Origin: Mesotaenium endlicherianum
Taxonomy: Eukaryota
Length of the DNA stretch: 64,000 bases
Direction: 5' to 3'
Assembly (NCBI GenBank): GCA_009602735.1
Contig: WELA01003469.1
Location: 18,166 to 82,165, forward strand
Shown here one piece after another: positions 25,731 through 39,776 of this stretch. The notes under the pieces are model-generated. The model was not told the origin of the DNA. It saw only the letters and a program-made list of their open reading frames with translations, and did not search any database. Positions within the stretch are counted from its first letter, which is position 1. Every line of letters starts with the position of its first letter. The position numbers and the translations under genes were made by a program.

Positions 25731-27212
25731 CCACTCTCCTTCATTTCTTTCTCCAAGGGCCAAAGCCTCCATAGTACGCTCATGATGTGTACGCTTTTGC
25801 AAAAGCTTATGTGAGCGAGAGGGACCTTGTAATACCTAGACCTATCATTATCATGGCAAACTGCAGCAAAAATTGCTTGCACGCTCGCATGAACTTTTGG
25901 ACATCCCGCTATTCCTTGCCACTGAACACGTCGTAAGTGATACTCAATCCTGTATGCACCACCAAGATTCTTATGTCTACAATGCTTACAGTCATTACCT
26001 GCTGCTCCATGGTAGTCAACCTTCTCTACCTTATCGACATGCTCATGCTCTGAAGGCTGTACATCATTGACCTTACGCTTGCCTTTGTTTGCAGAAGTGA
26101 GCCGAGAAAAGCTACAAGGAGTGGCAAGCTGAACGTCAGCATCTTCATCAAAATTTGCTTGGGGAGAGATATGTATTTGCCATAAGAGCTTGTAAATAAG
26201 CAAGCAAGGGAATGTAGAATAGTAGGAGTGTGTGGAAGAGTAGCAGATATATACAGGGGTAGAAATTACGGCGACATGCACCTTGGTTCACATTGCTTAC
26301 CAAATTGAAGCGACAAAAGTGGGCGAAGGGCATCCTACCAATTGCTCTGCATACTGCCTCAGTGGAAATTGTTGATTGGGCAAGCAGAAGATAAGGCAGT
26401 TAGATACGTATATCAATGGTCCGACAACAACAACGCAGAACACGAGCACACACTAACAATGAGCAGCGAGCGGAAAAGCAAACAATTTTGCAGGAAGATG
26501 GGAGACGATTTCCCCCTCTCTTCTTTAATTTTTGGGTGTTCAAACATAATTAGGGTCGGCTGGGATAAGGCCTGCTGTGACGGAAACAAGATTGGTCGTC
26601 ATCTCCTAAGTTGCCACAATTCATAACCGTCAATGGCCATGCGTGTAGGCTTTCGAGTCAGCAATTATGGGCCTAGTTATGGGATTCGCGCTTATTGGTC
26701 CGTGAGTGACGTGAAACACCATGTATTTCGCCTTATTTTCAAAATACACAAAATACGCGTCTCGACGAGGTAAAAATGAATCTTTGGCAATTTGAAAATG
26801 CAACAATGAATTTCTTACTTTCTCCACCTTCATATCATAGCAAGTTGAGTCCTCTACCATTTGCGACCAATTGTGCTCGAAGTTTCTAAGCAATCTGAAA
26901 ATTATAAGCCCTGCCAATTTTTCGAGCATCTTGAAAAACGTAATACACACGTAATTTCACAATATGTATTTATTTTACGTATTCTCCAAATACGTATACC
27001 ATATCTAGGATCATGGGATCTATCGTGAATGTTTTAAGAGCACAATCAAACATGTTAGATTTGCACGATGTCGCACGCTTTAAAAACGTTTCCAATTTGC
27101 ACCACCCACAGGCGCGTATTTTGCCAAATTTCGCCGTATTATCTCGTGAACCACGTACCGTACGGATGGTCGGTACGTCCATACATATGAGCCGTATCCG
27201 TATTTTGTAATT
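25731..27212 (-). mobile_element. hAT-like DNA transposon remnant (BED zinc finger), truncated by the LTR insertion
   Basis: CKHCRHKNLGGAYRIEYHL...QGIAGCPKV fits a hAT BED finger. Subterminal-type TACGG repeats lie at about 27155-27205. Confidence 0.6.
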
Positions 27213-28583
27213 TGGTCAGGGAGAGAGACCTGGCTCAGTGGGAGGAGCCTAGGGGGATTGGTGGGGGCCAGGGTACCAGGGGGAGGAATCGGGTTGTCTC
27301 AGAAGGTAAAGTGGGAGGAGGGGAACGCCAGGGGGAGTGTCCGGGAGAGTGCTAGGAAGAGGCACAGGAGGAGCGCGAGGAGTGTCGGGCATAGGCACCT
27401 CTGGAAGGTGGGGGTAGGTGAAAGGTCAAACCCCAGGGAGTGCAGGGGGTTCTTCTACAAGGGGATTTGACGAGGAAGTATATGTAGCGGGCTCTGCAAG
27501 ACCCTTGGGCAAGGGCAACTTCACAGGGCTAGGGGATGGGACCTCAGAGGGAGCACCGGTGTGGGGTTGATCTCAGGAACAAGGCAAGCAGAGAAAGAGA
27601 GAGGGCAACGGAGAGGAAAGGGGGGAAGGAGGGAGGGAGACAAAGAAAGAGAGAGAGGGAGTCACAAGGACCGCGTGCCCGTCAACAAGGACATACTAAT
27701 TCAACGTTGGTGATGTGCACGTAGGGGCCTGAACGCACCTGCGCTGCCTGCCCCTGCCGTTGCTGCCATTTCCGCCGCTGCTGGCGCTGCTCGCCCAGTA
27801 ATCCCTCCTTCATACCACATCACATAAAACCAGGTGGTAGCACCACACAGGCCACGCCTCAATCAACCTCAACCTCTCATTAGGGACGGCATCCGCTCTA
27901 CACAGCTAATGGCACAGCCATGACCGGCAAAGGCGACATGGACTACTGAACGTATGTATGTGCCTGACAGCAAGCTGCCAATTGTCAGGCGCTCGGCCAA
28001 GCGCTCTACCACGTGTCATCGCCTGCACGCGCGGATGCGCGGGCTGCCGACGTGCAGTGGCGGTTGCGCGCGAGCGTGGCCAAGGGGGCTAGAAAGATTA
28101 ACGCCGCACGCGCGCTGTGGGCTGTCACGTATGCTTCAGCTGATGCCACAGCACAAAAGGACCTGCGGCAAAGGACCCCTCGGGAGACAAACGCTCGAGA
28201 AGCTTGATTGTGAAGCATTTCACACGAGGCTAACACAAGACACACAGCCAATCCTGTGAGCGATTCACACTACTTGCGAACGGCCATCTTGCGAAAAAAT
28301 TTCATCGCGTTCCAAGTTGCATGCTCGTCCTCGTTGCGTTTCATACAAGTGAGGATGGTAAGGAGCCCCACTGTCTCTGATGCATGTTGTCGAAGGAACT
28401 TCAAGAAAGCTCAGTAGCAAACGTCCTGTGATTATACAAATGAAGCTGTGACGGGAAGCACCGCAACGATGACTCTGAACTGAGTTCATTGATTCTGGAC
28501 TTTTCGTTTTTCCAGCGGCATCTTGCACATACCAAATTTGCGCCATGGCTGCGAAGACCGACGCATGACGTTACTTGGCAGGT

Positions 28584-30914
28584 ATGGAAGGCGATACGCA
28601 GATATTGCATGAAATTGACGATATAAGAGGGACAACCCTGGCTGTCAACGGGCAGCTTGTGCATTGCGCTCTTTCTGTGCCTGTGGGTGATACTCAACTG
28701 TTCGACGGAGACACGGCAATAAGACGCGGGTCAGCTGACCATGTGCCTCAAAATTACGGCGAGAAAAGACGGCTAGAATTCGGGGCGACAGTGAGGGCCG
28801 ACAAGAGGGACGGCCTCTCGCGTTCGTGCTCGGTGGCCTCTGACGCGTCCACGCAAGGCGACGAGCTGGAGACGGAGATACAGATGCACTGCGGCGCAGA
28901 TGAAGAAGGGGCTAACGAAGTAGAACAGGAGAGTGGAGCTGCAGCGGACAAGTGTCCCCGGCACGAGCTCCCATGCGGCGGGGGCGGCCCCAGCGAGCAA
29001 GTCAGCCAGCCGTACAGCCGGCCCTCCCAAAAGGGCAGGAGGGTGGTGGCGTCTCAGCGCTGGGGCCTGAGCTCGAAGGAGAAGGCCTCAAGCGCGGCCG
29101 CTGTCACAGGGGTAGCGAGCCCTGTGCAGAGGCGTCTGAGTCTGGTTCTGCAGGAGACTCAGCTCACGCCACCTGGCAGCCCTCAGGGTAGGGGAAGCCC
29201 GGCGCTGACGGCGGCAGCGTGCGCGCCGCCCACCGCAACGCCTGGGCGGTCGCCAGCAGGCCTTGTGCTTGTCATGGACGAGGTGGGGGAGGGGGAGGAG
29301 GAGGAGAGGGAGGAGGAGGAGGAGGAAGGGGAGGCGGTGATGCAAATGCCACTAATGAGAGGAGAGGCCCATAGGTCAGCCATGGAGGAGGGCAGCCGGC
29401 CTCCAGGACTCAGCGTGGCACGTGCGCTGCAAGCGCCGCCAATGCAGCTGCTCCACCCAGTGGCTGACACGTGTCCCGCTGGGGTGCCCGAAGCCTGTCT
29501 CCTAGCGATGCCCGACACCTGTCCGCTGGGGATGCCTGACACGTGCGACGCCTCCACCCAGGACAGGGAGAGGTGGTGGCGCCCCTGGTGCCCGCCTCCT
29601 CGACCCGCAGAGGAGGCCCAGCTGGCGCACACGCACAGCGCCACCCGCATCCGCATCCCCGGGGTTGCAGGCGGCCACTTGAGGGCTCCTGCATTATTGC
29701 CTGCCGTAGAGGGAGGGGAGGGCCTTTCTTTGGAGAGCGCACCGTCAGCGGCTACAGGGACAGGTGGCAAAGGAGAGGGCACTTGCAGCAGTGCAGGGCA
29801 GTCAGCCATGGGTGTGGGCACGGGTATGGCTATGGCTGCCAGCACAGGGACGGCTGCGACGGCCGAGACGGAGGAGTACTTTTTCCCGGTACCGTCTTCT
29901 ATCAGGCAGGAGGTGGAGGAGGGTGCAGCTCTGGCGGAGGCTGAGGTGGTGCTGCTGGGGCGTCGCCACTTGGCAGTGGGAGGAGCCGGATGGAGTCGCA
30001 GGGGTGCAGGTGAGTGGGGGAGAGAGTGTCATCATCTGTATGTCCCTCCCTTTCCGTGCTTTCCAGGGATGACATCACCTGATCATACTACTCTTCTCCC
30101 CAGCACGCAGTGCGGCATGGTGTGGGGCCGCGCGTGTGTATGCAGCGCGCAGAAGCGGCGGGTCACTGTTAGCCGTCATTGTTGCAGGTCCCCTCAGACA
30201 CGTCAATGGTAGTGACAAAACAGAACTCAATCTCTGAATGCACGGCCAAAAACTGCCGGTTCTTTTCCCTGCAACTGGAACAGCGGTGAGCTTGCTTGCT
30301 TGCTGGCGGAACGAGAGAGACGGATGGGACACCCTTGTTGTCCTGGTCGCTGCCTGCCTGCCTGCCTACTCGCCCGGTACTGCCTGTGCTGGACGGGAGT
30401 GCCCTCCGTTGCTCTGTCGCTGCTATGAGGGGGATCGGGCCTCACAGCCACTACCTCCACTACTACTTGCCTGGCTGCAGCTGCTGCGGGGTCGCAGACA
30501 GCGGAGACGGGAACAGCAGCAGCAGCAGCAGCGTATTCCGGCGGAGGAGAGGGTGGCGGAGCCACCGCCGCTGCTTGGAGCGGCTCTGAGGTGGCACCTG
30601 CAGGGCACGGGCACCACAAGGGGGGGGATGGGGCTGCTGAGTGTTGGGGACGGGAGACGCTGGGAGAGAGCAGGTCTGCCGGAGAGAGCGCATCGCTGGC
30701 GCCGCAGCCTGCCTGCGCTTTGTCCCCAGGTCCTGCTGCCGCCGACTGTGAGCCAAGTGGCGACCCTATAGCAGCAGCAGAAGTGAAGGGCCAGAAAAGG
30801 GCGGGGGCGGCGGAGGACGGGGCACAGGAGGCTGCTGCTGCCTCTGCTGATGCTGCTGCTCCTCCTCCTGCTGCTGCTGCTGCCGCTGCTCTTCCAGTGC
30901 TCCAGCTCGTGGGC

Positions 30915-30956
<42 letters not shown>

Positions 30957-33900
30957 GAGGAGGAGGAGGAGGAGGCGGCACCAGGGCTGCGTGAGCTGGG
31001 TGGGGCAGGAGGAGCCGGGGCAAGCAATCAGCCAGGTGGCACTGTGAGAGTGGACGCAGGCTCAGCAGACACATGTTCCAAGGGCGGGGACGAAGGACAG
31101 GTGGCAGGCGGAGGGGGGCGCAGAGCGTCCCTTGGGGGTCTTGGAGGGCTAGGGGCGTACTACGCGCTCAAGCGGGGCCGCGGCAGCACAAGGAGCCCCC
31201 AGCTGCAGCAGCTGCGCCATCAGCAGCAGCAGGTACAGGCGCAGACGCCGCAGCAGGCAGAGGCCAATGAGGGTGCACCCGCGGATCAGGAGCAGGAGGA
31301 GCAGGGCGGCAAAGCATACCTGGAGGAGGAGGCAGCAGCAGTGGCATCGGCAACAAGGAGAAGCCTGAGCATGACCAAGGGCGCCGCATTGGCTGCGCAC
31401 GGGGGGCCAGGCACGGAGGAGGAGAAGGAGGAGGAGCACGGGGGGTGCACGGCCTCCCGGGGTGCCCAGCGGGCTCCTCTGCCTCCTGCTTTCCCAACGG
31501 GTGCTGAGGCCGAGATTGGGGCAGGGGCAGGGGCAGGAGCAAAGGAAAGCTCGCCTGAGGGCGCCGCGGGGGACTCGCGACCTCCAGGTGGCACATCTGG
31601 AGATGATACCCCCCTGTGGGTGAGCGACCAGCACCATAGCCGCCTCCTCCTCCTGCAGCGCGCCTCTTCCCCTGCAGAGCCGATCGGGCCCATTGACACT
31701 CAGGAGGAGGGGAGGCACCAGGGTGGTGGTGCTCTGCGGGCTGAGGAGCAGCAAGGGGAGGGTGGCACGCCTCCAGCAGCAGCAGAAGCGGTAGCAGCCC
31801 TCCGGAATGGTGGGGGGGTGGTAGCGCCAGCGGGCCTGGGGGGCTACGGCGAGCCGGCCAGCGAGCCGGGCGAGGAGACGCAGGCGGACGCGCTGGATGT
31901 CATCGGCCAGCTGCTGCTCTCCGAGCTGGGCGGCGGCGGCGGCGGCGCTGACGGCGACGACGGCGCCATGCCCAGCAGCCCCGCGCGCGCGCCCCTGCCC
32001 CTCTTCTTTGGGGGGCACCCTCCTCCTCCTCCTCCTCATCCTTTGGTTTCTGCCAGGCCAGCTGCAGCAGCAGTAGCAGCAGCACGCAGGCAAGAGGAGG
32101 AGAGGGGAGGCAGTGGCGGGGGTGGTGGCGATGGCGGCTCTCCGCCGGCCACGGAGGAGCTGTGCCCCGCTGCCATGAAGGCCCCGCAGCAGCAACAGCC
32201 GGAGTCAGTCTCTCCAGCACCTCTCGGGGGGGCGGAAGCTGGCGAGAGAAGGAAGCGTGGGGGTGACTCCAGCAGCCTCAGCCTGAGCCCGAGCCTGCCG
32301 CCCGGCAGCAGCAGCCGCCGCCCCGTGCCCTTCCGGCCCCTCACTGCGCCAAAGCTGCAAGCGGCTGGACAGGAGCAGCCCGCAGGAGGACACATGTTGT
32401 CGCCAGGGGGTGGCTACCAGGGCGCGGGGGCTCTGGGCTTTGGGCGGGCGGCAGACAAAGCCAAGGGCTTGCTGTCCGGCATCCTGAAGCAGAAGCACGT
32501 CAAATCTCCCCCTGTAGCCTGCATCTTTGACTGGGTCAACACTCAAGACGATGCGCCGGAAGTCAGCCCTCATTGCCACCCGCCCCCTCCCCCTGCTGCG
32601 CCTGCGCCTGCGCCTGCGGGTGCGGGTGCGGCTGCAGGTGCAGGTGCAGGTGCAGGTGCGGGTGCGAGTTTTGCAAAAGTCTTGACGTATGCCCGGAGGC
32701 CGCAGAAGGAGGGGCCCTCTGATGAGGTCTCGCCAGGCGGGCAGGAAGGGGAAGGCACCAGCGGGGTGCTGCCACCTGGGACAGAGCGGACAAGCAGCCC
32801 AGGCGCAAGGCTGAAGCCTGCAGGAGCTGCTGGGGAAGCGGAAGTGTACGACTGGATCGACAGCCAGGCAACCCCAGGCGCCAGTAAGCACGCACCACCT
32901 GCGCACCCCGTTGGAGAAAGGGACACCAGGCGTGGCTCCGCAGCAGGAGGTGCCCGGGGCAGGGAAAGGGGCAGGGGCAGGGGCAGGGGCAGAGGCAGAT
33001 CTGCTGGTGCTGGTGCTGCGGGTGTCAGAGTGCGACCGGCACCGCACCCGCTAGGCGTCACTAAGGCTCCTCGTGGCGGCAACAAACAAGGACGAGGAGG
33101 AGGAGGCAGCAGGGCTCGAGGTGCTGGCCCTGCCGAAGCTCCTCCTGCTCCTCCTCCTCCTCCTCCTCCTGTGTCCAGAAGAGCTTCTTTTGGTGGGCTC
33201 CCTTTTGAAGGCCGGGGCGAAAGCGCTGCGGAAGAGCAGCTTTTCCCCCTTCCAGGAGCAGGCAGAGGAGCAGCAGGAACGGCAGAAGGGCCTGGGGATG
33301 GGCAAGCAAGGCCTGCTGCTGCTGCTGCTGCTGCTAGTAGAGCCCAGAAAATAAAGAAGCTCCCTGTCGTCAATCTGGGAGCCCCAGTGGAGCTGCTGCT
33401 GCCGCCCGAGGGAAGGCGTGTGAGCAGTGGGGGCGGGAGTGCGCCAGGTGCCACTCCTCCAGCAGTAGCTGTGAGCGTGAAGAAGAAGCTGCCAGGTGGC
33501 AGCGAGGAGCGGGACAATGCAGGTGGCACGCTCAGAAAAGCCCCCAAAGCTGCAGGGCATGGGGGCATAGGTGCTCCCTCCCCTGCAGTGGCAGCTGCAG
33601 TGACAGGGGCAGACGCGGCGCATTTCAGAAGGTCTCCCTCTTCCTCTTCTCGGCATGCTCCCTCGCATGTGCCTTCTCCTCATCCTCCCGCTCCTGCCCC
33701 TGCTGCCCCTGCTGCGCCTGCGCTGCTGCCGGGCCGGCATCCTCCTGCAGCAAGGAGGACGGGGCAGATCTCTGCTGCGGCTGCGGCTGCGGCTGCGGCT
33801 GTTGTTAGCAGAGATCAGTCCAGAGGGGAGAAGGTGGCAGCACCGAGCACCCCCCACAGAGGGCAGGCCAAGCCTGCTGTTGCTGCTGCAAGAGAGGTGG

Positions 33901-36900
33901 GGTTGTCGCCAGTTGGGGAGATGACGCAGGCGGCTGCGGAGGCCATGGACCTGCTGAGCTGGACGCTGGAGTTCCAGAGCCCCCAGGTGGCGGCGCCACC
34001 ATGGCCGCCACCGCTGCCTCTGCCATTGCCTCTGCCTCTGCCGCCGTGCAGGGAGGATGCGCAGGCACCACCTGTCCAGGCAGGAGCCGTCCGGGAAGGT
34101 GGCGATACACCAACAACAGCAGCAGTAGCTGCAGCAGGAGAAATGTTGAAGGCCCAGGAGGGGGAGGGGGAGGCGGAGGGGGCAAAGGAGGGGGTGCGGA
34201 GGGTTCAGAGAGGGGGGCACACAGCTGGCGCTAGGTTTGCCAAGAGGAAGAGGAGAGGTTGCAGGCAGCCAACGGCTGAGCGCTCTACATGCCGGCAGGA
34301 AAAGATGGCCTGGGACTCGGGCACGGCCGCCGATGAGACGACGACAGCGACAGCCACTCAGAGGAGGCCGATTGCGGCCCGCAGGCGGCTGCCCCTGGAG
34401 GAGGGCGGAGAGAAGCGCCGGGAGGGGGAGGACGGAGAGGGCGGAGAGAAGGAGAAGAGAGCGGGCGGCGCCCAGGAGGTGGCGAGGGGAATCAAGGGTG
34501 TAGCGGCGTTTCGGGAGCAGAGGCTGGAGGGGAGGGCGGGGAGGAAGGAGAGCGCCAGCCGCAGCACCAGCGCCAGCACCAGCCCGCCAGACAGTGGGCT
34601 CCAGAGGGCGAGGATGCGCCCCGTGGTGGAGGCGGGCCGCAAGCGCCGGCGCCTCTCTGCCGTCTTTGCTGGCCCCGCCCAGCAGTTGCCTGCTGCTGCT
34701 GATGTTGCCAGTGGCGCTGTTGGTGCTGTAGGCATTGCAGCAGCAGCTTCAGCAGCAGCAGTAGCGCGGGAGGAGGAGGAGGAGGAGGAGGAGGAGGAGG
34801 AGAGTGCGAACGCTGAGTCTGATGTGGAGGCCGTGGCTGAGGCTGAGGCTGAGGCCTTCCCTAGCCCTAGCAGGCAGAGACGGGCTCCACGAGGGAAGGG
34901 GAAGAGGAGGAGAGAGGAGCTGGAGAAGGAGCAGGAGAAGGAGGAGGAGCAGCAGCAGGTGGGGCCACCTGGTAGTGCCGGGTGGGTGCGCTTGCCTGTG
35001 GCAGAGAGAGTGAAGCGACGTCGCAGTCTGCCTGGGGACGAGCTGGCACCGTCCGGCATCACGGGGGGCGCGGGGATGGGGATGGGGGGTGTGAGCGTCA
35101 CGAGGAAGGGGCGGAGTGACAGTGGCCTGAGGAGGGGCAGGAAGACAGGGACCGCCGGGCTGCGCACTCGCTCCCGCCTGTCTCCGCCTGCTGCAGGCGT
35201 CGCTGCAGCACCAGCACCACTATCATCAGCAGGAGCAGCACCAGCAGCAGCAGGAGCAGCCGGAGGAGGGAGGGGAGGACAGAGCTCCAGAAGAGGCCCT
35301 GCTGCGCCAGAGAAGGAAGAGGAGCAAGCAGGGAGGGCTGCTGCTGCTGCTGCAGCGAGGAGTGGCAGAGGCATCACTGCCGCACCTCCTGCTGCTGCTG
35401 CTGGTGCTGGTGCTGCTACGCTACGACGACGAGGAGGAGGAGGGGGGGGGCATCAGAAGAGGGCCACGCGCGTCCCACAGGCGGCAGCGGAGACGGAGGA
35501 GGTGATGGTGGTGGACGAAGAGGAGGAGGAGGAGGAGGAGGCAGGGGCGGCGCCTCCGCTGGCGCCGCACTCCTCCCGAGAGTATGAGCCCTCCGCCTCC
35601 CAAGACAGCTGGAGGGCAACGCCCGGCACCGTAACAGATGGCATCGCCGCCCGGGTGGCCACCATGAGGGCCCGGAGGGGAGAGCTGCCGAAAGTGCGAG
35701 CGGCGGTGCTGTTCAGCCACTCTTTGGCGGACGACGTGGTGGCGCACCAGAAGAAGGTGCCTCCCTCTTCTGTCTTGGCCTCCGTCCAGTCTGTGCATGC
35801 ACGTTTGTCGTGTCTAGATGGGCCTGTTGTAGGTGTCCTTGCACTGAGTCTTTCCACTGGAGATAGTCATAGTCGCCCCCCGCACATGCATGCATTCTGC
35901 CAGGGTGGACTCCCTCCCAGCCGACTGAGAGCGTCGAGGTTTGGTCCCACCCACCGCGTGTCTTCCCCACCACATGACTCATCCACAGCACTCAGCGTGC
36001 CCCCATCCCCCACTCTCCTGCGACACATGCTTACGCCGGACCCGTTCCGGCGGGCAGGCCCATTCGGGATTCCCCACTGTGCCTCTGCCGAGTGGAGTGT
36101 TGTGCGAGAGCCACACGCACGCCTGTGCCGACGCCATCTGGCAGAACAAAGGCCAAATACGCGATCCTAATCTCGTCAACTAACGCCCAGCTGGCAGCTC
36201 TCCCATGCCCGAGTGGCTGGCAGCCAAGCGCGGCGGCTGCAGGCATGTGTGCCGCCTGGCAGTCCACTGCACAGCCCCAGCTAGTATTCAACCATTGCTT
36301 CCGTTCGTGTCGCGGCCACCTCCTCTTCCTCACGAGGCCTAGTGTGTCATCATGGTCCATGGCCCATGCTTGCTCATAGCGGAAGAATGCGGGCCCCGAC
36401 GGGCAGCGTCAGGAGGATGCCAGCAAGCCCGTCGTCGAGCGGCCTATGGTCGTGCGAGGAGGAGGAGGAGGAGGAGGAGGAGGAGGAGGAGGAGAAGACT
36501 GCTGATGCCTGCCGAGGGCAGGGGCAAGTGACAAATGCTTGTCCTTGGAGCAGATTGGCAACTGGCACAAGCGTGTGAATGCGCATTGTTACTTGGCACA
36601 CGGACGTCTGAGATTTTGGGCGGCCAATGGAACGTATTTTGGCTTGCGTGCCTGGGCCCGAAGAGGAGGCGTCACTTTGCACCCATTGGGAGGGAGTCTC
36701 TTGTGGTGAGTGGTGTGGCTGGGAGCAGATTCTGGGCACCCTGGGGGGGCGCACGACTGGCAGAGCGTCGGAGTGCACCCACTTCGTCACCAAGGGCTTT
36801 GCGCGCACGGCCAACATGCTGGAGGCTGTGGCCAGGGGGTGCCACGTGGTCACGCCCAGGTGGCTGGAGGCGTGCAGGCAGGAGGCGAAGATTCTGGAGC

Positions 36901-39776
36901 CCGCCCGGTTCCTGCTGCGGGACAGGACGAAGGAGAAGGAGATGGGCTTCTCGCTGCGCCATGCGGTGGAGAAGGCCCGGGAGGCACCCATCTTCGAGGT
37001 ACCGCTCTTTCTGCCTGGTCTGCCAAGCTCCCTGCTGCTGCCAAGTGGCTTGGTGGACTTCACCCCCCTATTTTGCCTCGACCCCTCCATTCCCGAACCC
37101 CGCTCCTTCTCCTGTTTTCCTTCCCACTGCCCACCCTGTGACATCTGGCGCACCGGGGATGGTCGTGCAGAGTTACCTCGCTGCCGAGCGGTGTGCGGAG
37201 CTGGAGCCACCCGGCTGGGCTCATGGCTCACCTCCACCTCCTCTCGTCATTGTCAGATGCAAATGGGGACTCTCATGGCTGGCTCTCGCCACGGACAGCC
37301 ATGGAGCCACGGCGCATGCGACGTTTCTGTGACCCCGTCATGCGCGTCCCATCAGACCTCACTCCACACGCGTGCATGATGGTGAGAGAGAGAGAAAAAT
37401 TGTGAGCTGTTGTCACATTGACCAAGCTTGCCCCCCTGTTTCCCCCCCTCATGCAAGCATTTGGCGGGCGCATTTGTGTGAGAGAACAAAGGGCTCTCTC
37501 ACAAAATTGATGTCTCAGTTGTTCACGAGCTGTTGAGTGACGAGAACAGAGACACGCGCAGCGTTACGCGGAGCTGGCCGATCTTCGGTCAGTCCAGCAT
37601 AGGGCTTAACATTTGTTGCGTGCAGTCAGGCGGGTGATGAGATCATTCTCCCACTGCCTGCCTTCCACTGCGCGTCGGGCAGCAGGCCGGCCTTGACTTC
37701 GCGGTTTTGTCGCGTCCACGGTTCTGATTGGTTTGGGGGTTAGCATATCTGTAGTTTCAAAATGTTTCGTCTGCATGGATTTGCATGTGATATCAGAGTA
37801 TCCTAGGCCGATGGAGCCCCAAGTGCTGGGTGTGGGCTGGTGGTGGGGGTGCTTCTGCGACCTAGAGGTTGAATGTGGGGTGGCGTCGGCTGGTTTGTGC
37901 TCGAGATGCCCTCCAGCCAAAAAGGCTGCTCGTCTTGCGTGCCCCTTGCGGATCGGGCCGTAGTAGTCATTGCCGCCCAGCGAGCCGTGCTTGTGTTAGG
38001 AAGCTGGTGGTGCCACGTGGACCCACACGCTCACATGGACGCGTTGTCTCGTGCCGCTTGGGCTCCCGTGCGGAGGAGGGGAGGGGAGGGCGCTGCTAAC
38101 CCTATTGCGGCTGGTGGTGCTGCTGCTGCTGCTGCGGGTGGTGCAGGGATGGAGGGTGCACATAACGCCGCACACAGTGCCGCCCCAAGAAGCGCTCGCC
38201 TCCATCGCTGAAGCTGCAGGCGCTGAGGTGCCACCCCCTCAACCGCTCTCCGCCTTCCCCGCCCCTTCCCCCCCCCCTCCCCCCAAAATGCGCGTCTTTG
38301 CCTCTCCCCTCGAATGCTTGTCATTGCTGCCGTGTCTCAACACTTTCTTATTGCAGGCGCTTCCAATGCGCCAGATTCACCCCGGCCTAAGCCTGGCTGG
38401 CTGAGGGCTCGTTACATTGCTGTCGGACCCACGGACCTTGCTCTGAACGGCATCTGTCCATCAGTCGCACAGACAGGACAGGCTGCCATTGCTGGGCACC
38501 GGCAACCTTCTGATTCCGGCACGGAGAGCACTCGAGGTTCTCGTGCTGCCCTTGTGGTCCCCATTCGGGATCCTGGTTCATTACACCCGGGGCTGAGAGG
38601 GGCTCTGCCCGCGCGTGTGCATGCGTGCGTGCGTGCATGCACGCACCTGGTGCGGTTGGGCAGCAGTGCAGCACTGGCGTGGGTAGCAGCATTTCTTATG
38701 CCAGGGCTCTCTCTTTCAGCTGCGAGGCTCATGGGAGGGAGCGATTGGGACTCTACTCTTTCTCTCTCTGTGTGTGCCTGAAAGAGTATCTTCGTCGCCT
38801 CACCTCGCATTGCAACAATGCTCCGGCTTTCTCTCGCAGGTGGTGGCCGCCTACACTCCCCCAGGCCCAGGGGAGGGGGTGCACAACCCGTGCGTTGTGC
38901 TCTCCTCCGAGGCGGACAGAGCCCTCTGCCGGTCGCTCATTGCCAGGAGTAAGCAGGCACCGCACGCGCTGTCCTCTTGCAAACATTTGGCCGCTTGTGT
39001 CATCTGTACACGTGTGATTGGTTGCTGCTCATTCTCGTCTTGCTCTGTCGCCTCACGCCGATGAGTGGAGTTGAAGGAGTTCGATGCTGCATGTTGTTTG
39101 TCTCAAGTTTGCACAGGCGTTTTCATATCTGTCATATCTCCTCGGGTGGCAAGCCGCCTGGGGGGGTGGGTGAAACGAGAGGGAGAGACATGACGAGGAG
39201 GGTATGGCCAAGTTGAGGACATGCTGACCACGGGTGGACATGGCTATGGCAAGGGTGTTCTTGTGTGAGCAGGGGCTCCTATCTACTCTCCGGAGTTCCT
39301 CATGTTTGCCATCCTCCGGCACAATATAAGCTTGACAGAGTCAGCGATTCTTTTCCCCTCCATGTCACCCCGTCGTTCCACCACCAGCTGGTGAAAGCTT
39401 GGTGCCCCTTGCTGACAGGCTGTCTAGAATTCTTTGCTTCATCATAGTGGACATATTACGACATAGCAATCATGCATCACCAGTCACTGGTCGCCTACTT
39501 CTGCAGACTTGTCCACGATCAGCCTTTCGCATGTTTTTCTGTGACAGGATGCTGCATATCAGTGTGTATTTAGTTTTTGGGATGCAGCAGGCCCTTTCGG
39601 TGGCCAATGAGTCGAACATTCGTTCTAAACTGACTTTTTGGCATGCACTGCCGATTCTTGAAAAGGCGTGTCAATTGACAAGGCAAAGGCTGGAATGGGT
39701 GTCACCATCATGTCGCATGTTAACTGATAGATTATATTGGGTGCTGTTGCTGTGCAGAAACAGGTTGTTCATGTAG
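28584..39776 (+). CDS. Spliced gene for an MDC1-like tandem-BRCT DNA-damage mediator (plant BCP3/BCP4 type), about 2400 aa
   Basis: Proposed exons: 28584-30009; about 30448 or 30481 to 35756; 36729-36998; 38147-38227; 38840-38948; 39273-39339; 39758-39776. All are GT-AG and phase-compatible. They give the tBRCT VLFSHSL..QKK|ILGTLGG..CTHFVTKGFARTANMLEA..VVTPRWL..|GWRVHITP..|..IYSPEFLM..|ENRLFM*. Family motifs TQADALDV, FDW and TQAAAEAM are present. The exon 1-2 junction is uncertain. Confidence 0.8.

Noticed and set aside
29088..35857. Numerous long antisense and alternative-frame ORFs over the BRCT gene
   Set aside because: These are shadow ORFs of GC-rich triplet-repeat coding sequence.
35757..36170. 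C-terminal 137 aa of the 1859-aa ORF
   Set aside because: Read-through into an intron. BRCT homology stops at AAG|GT (35756) and resumes at 36729.
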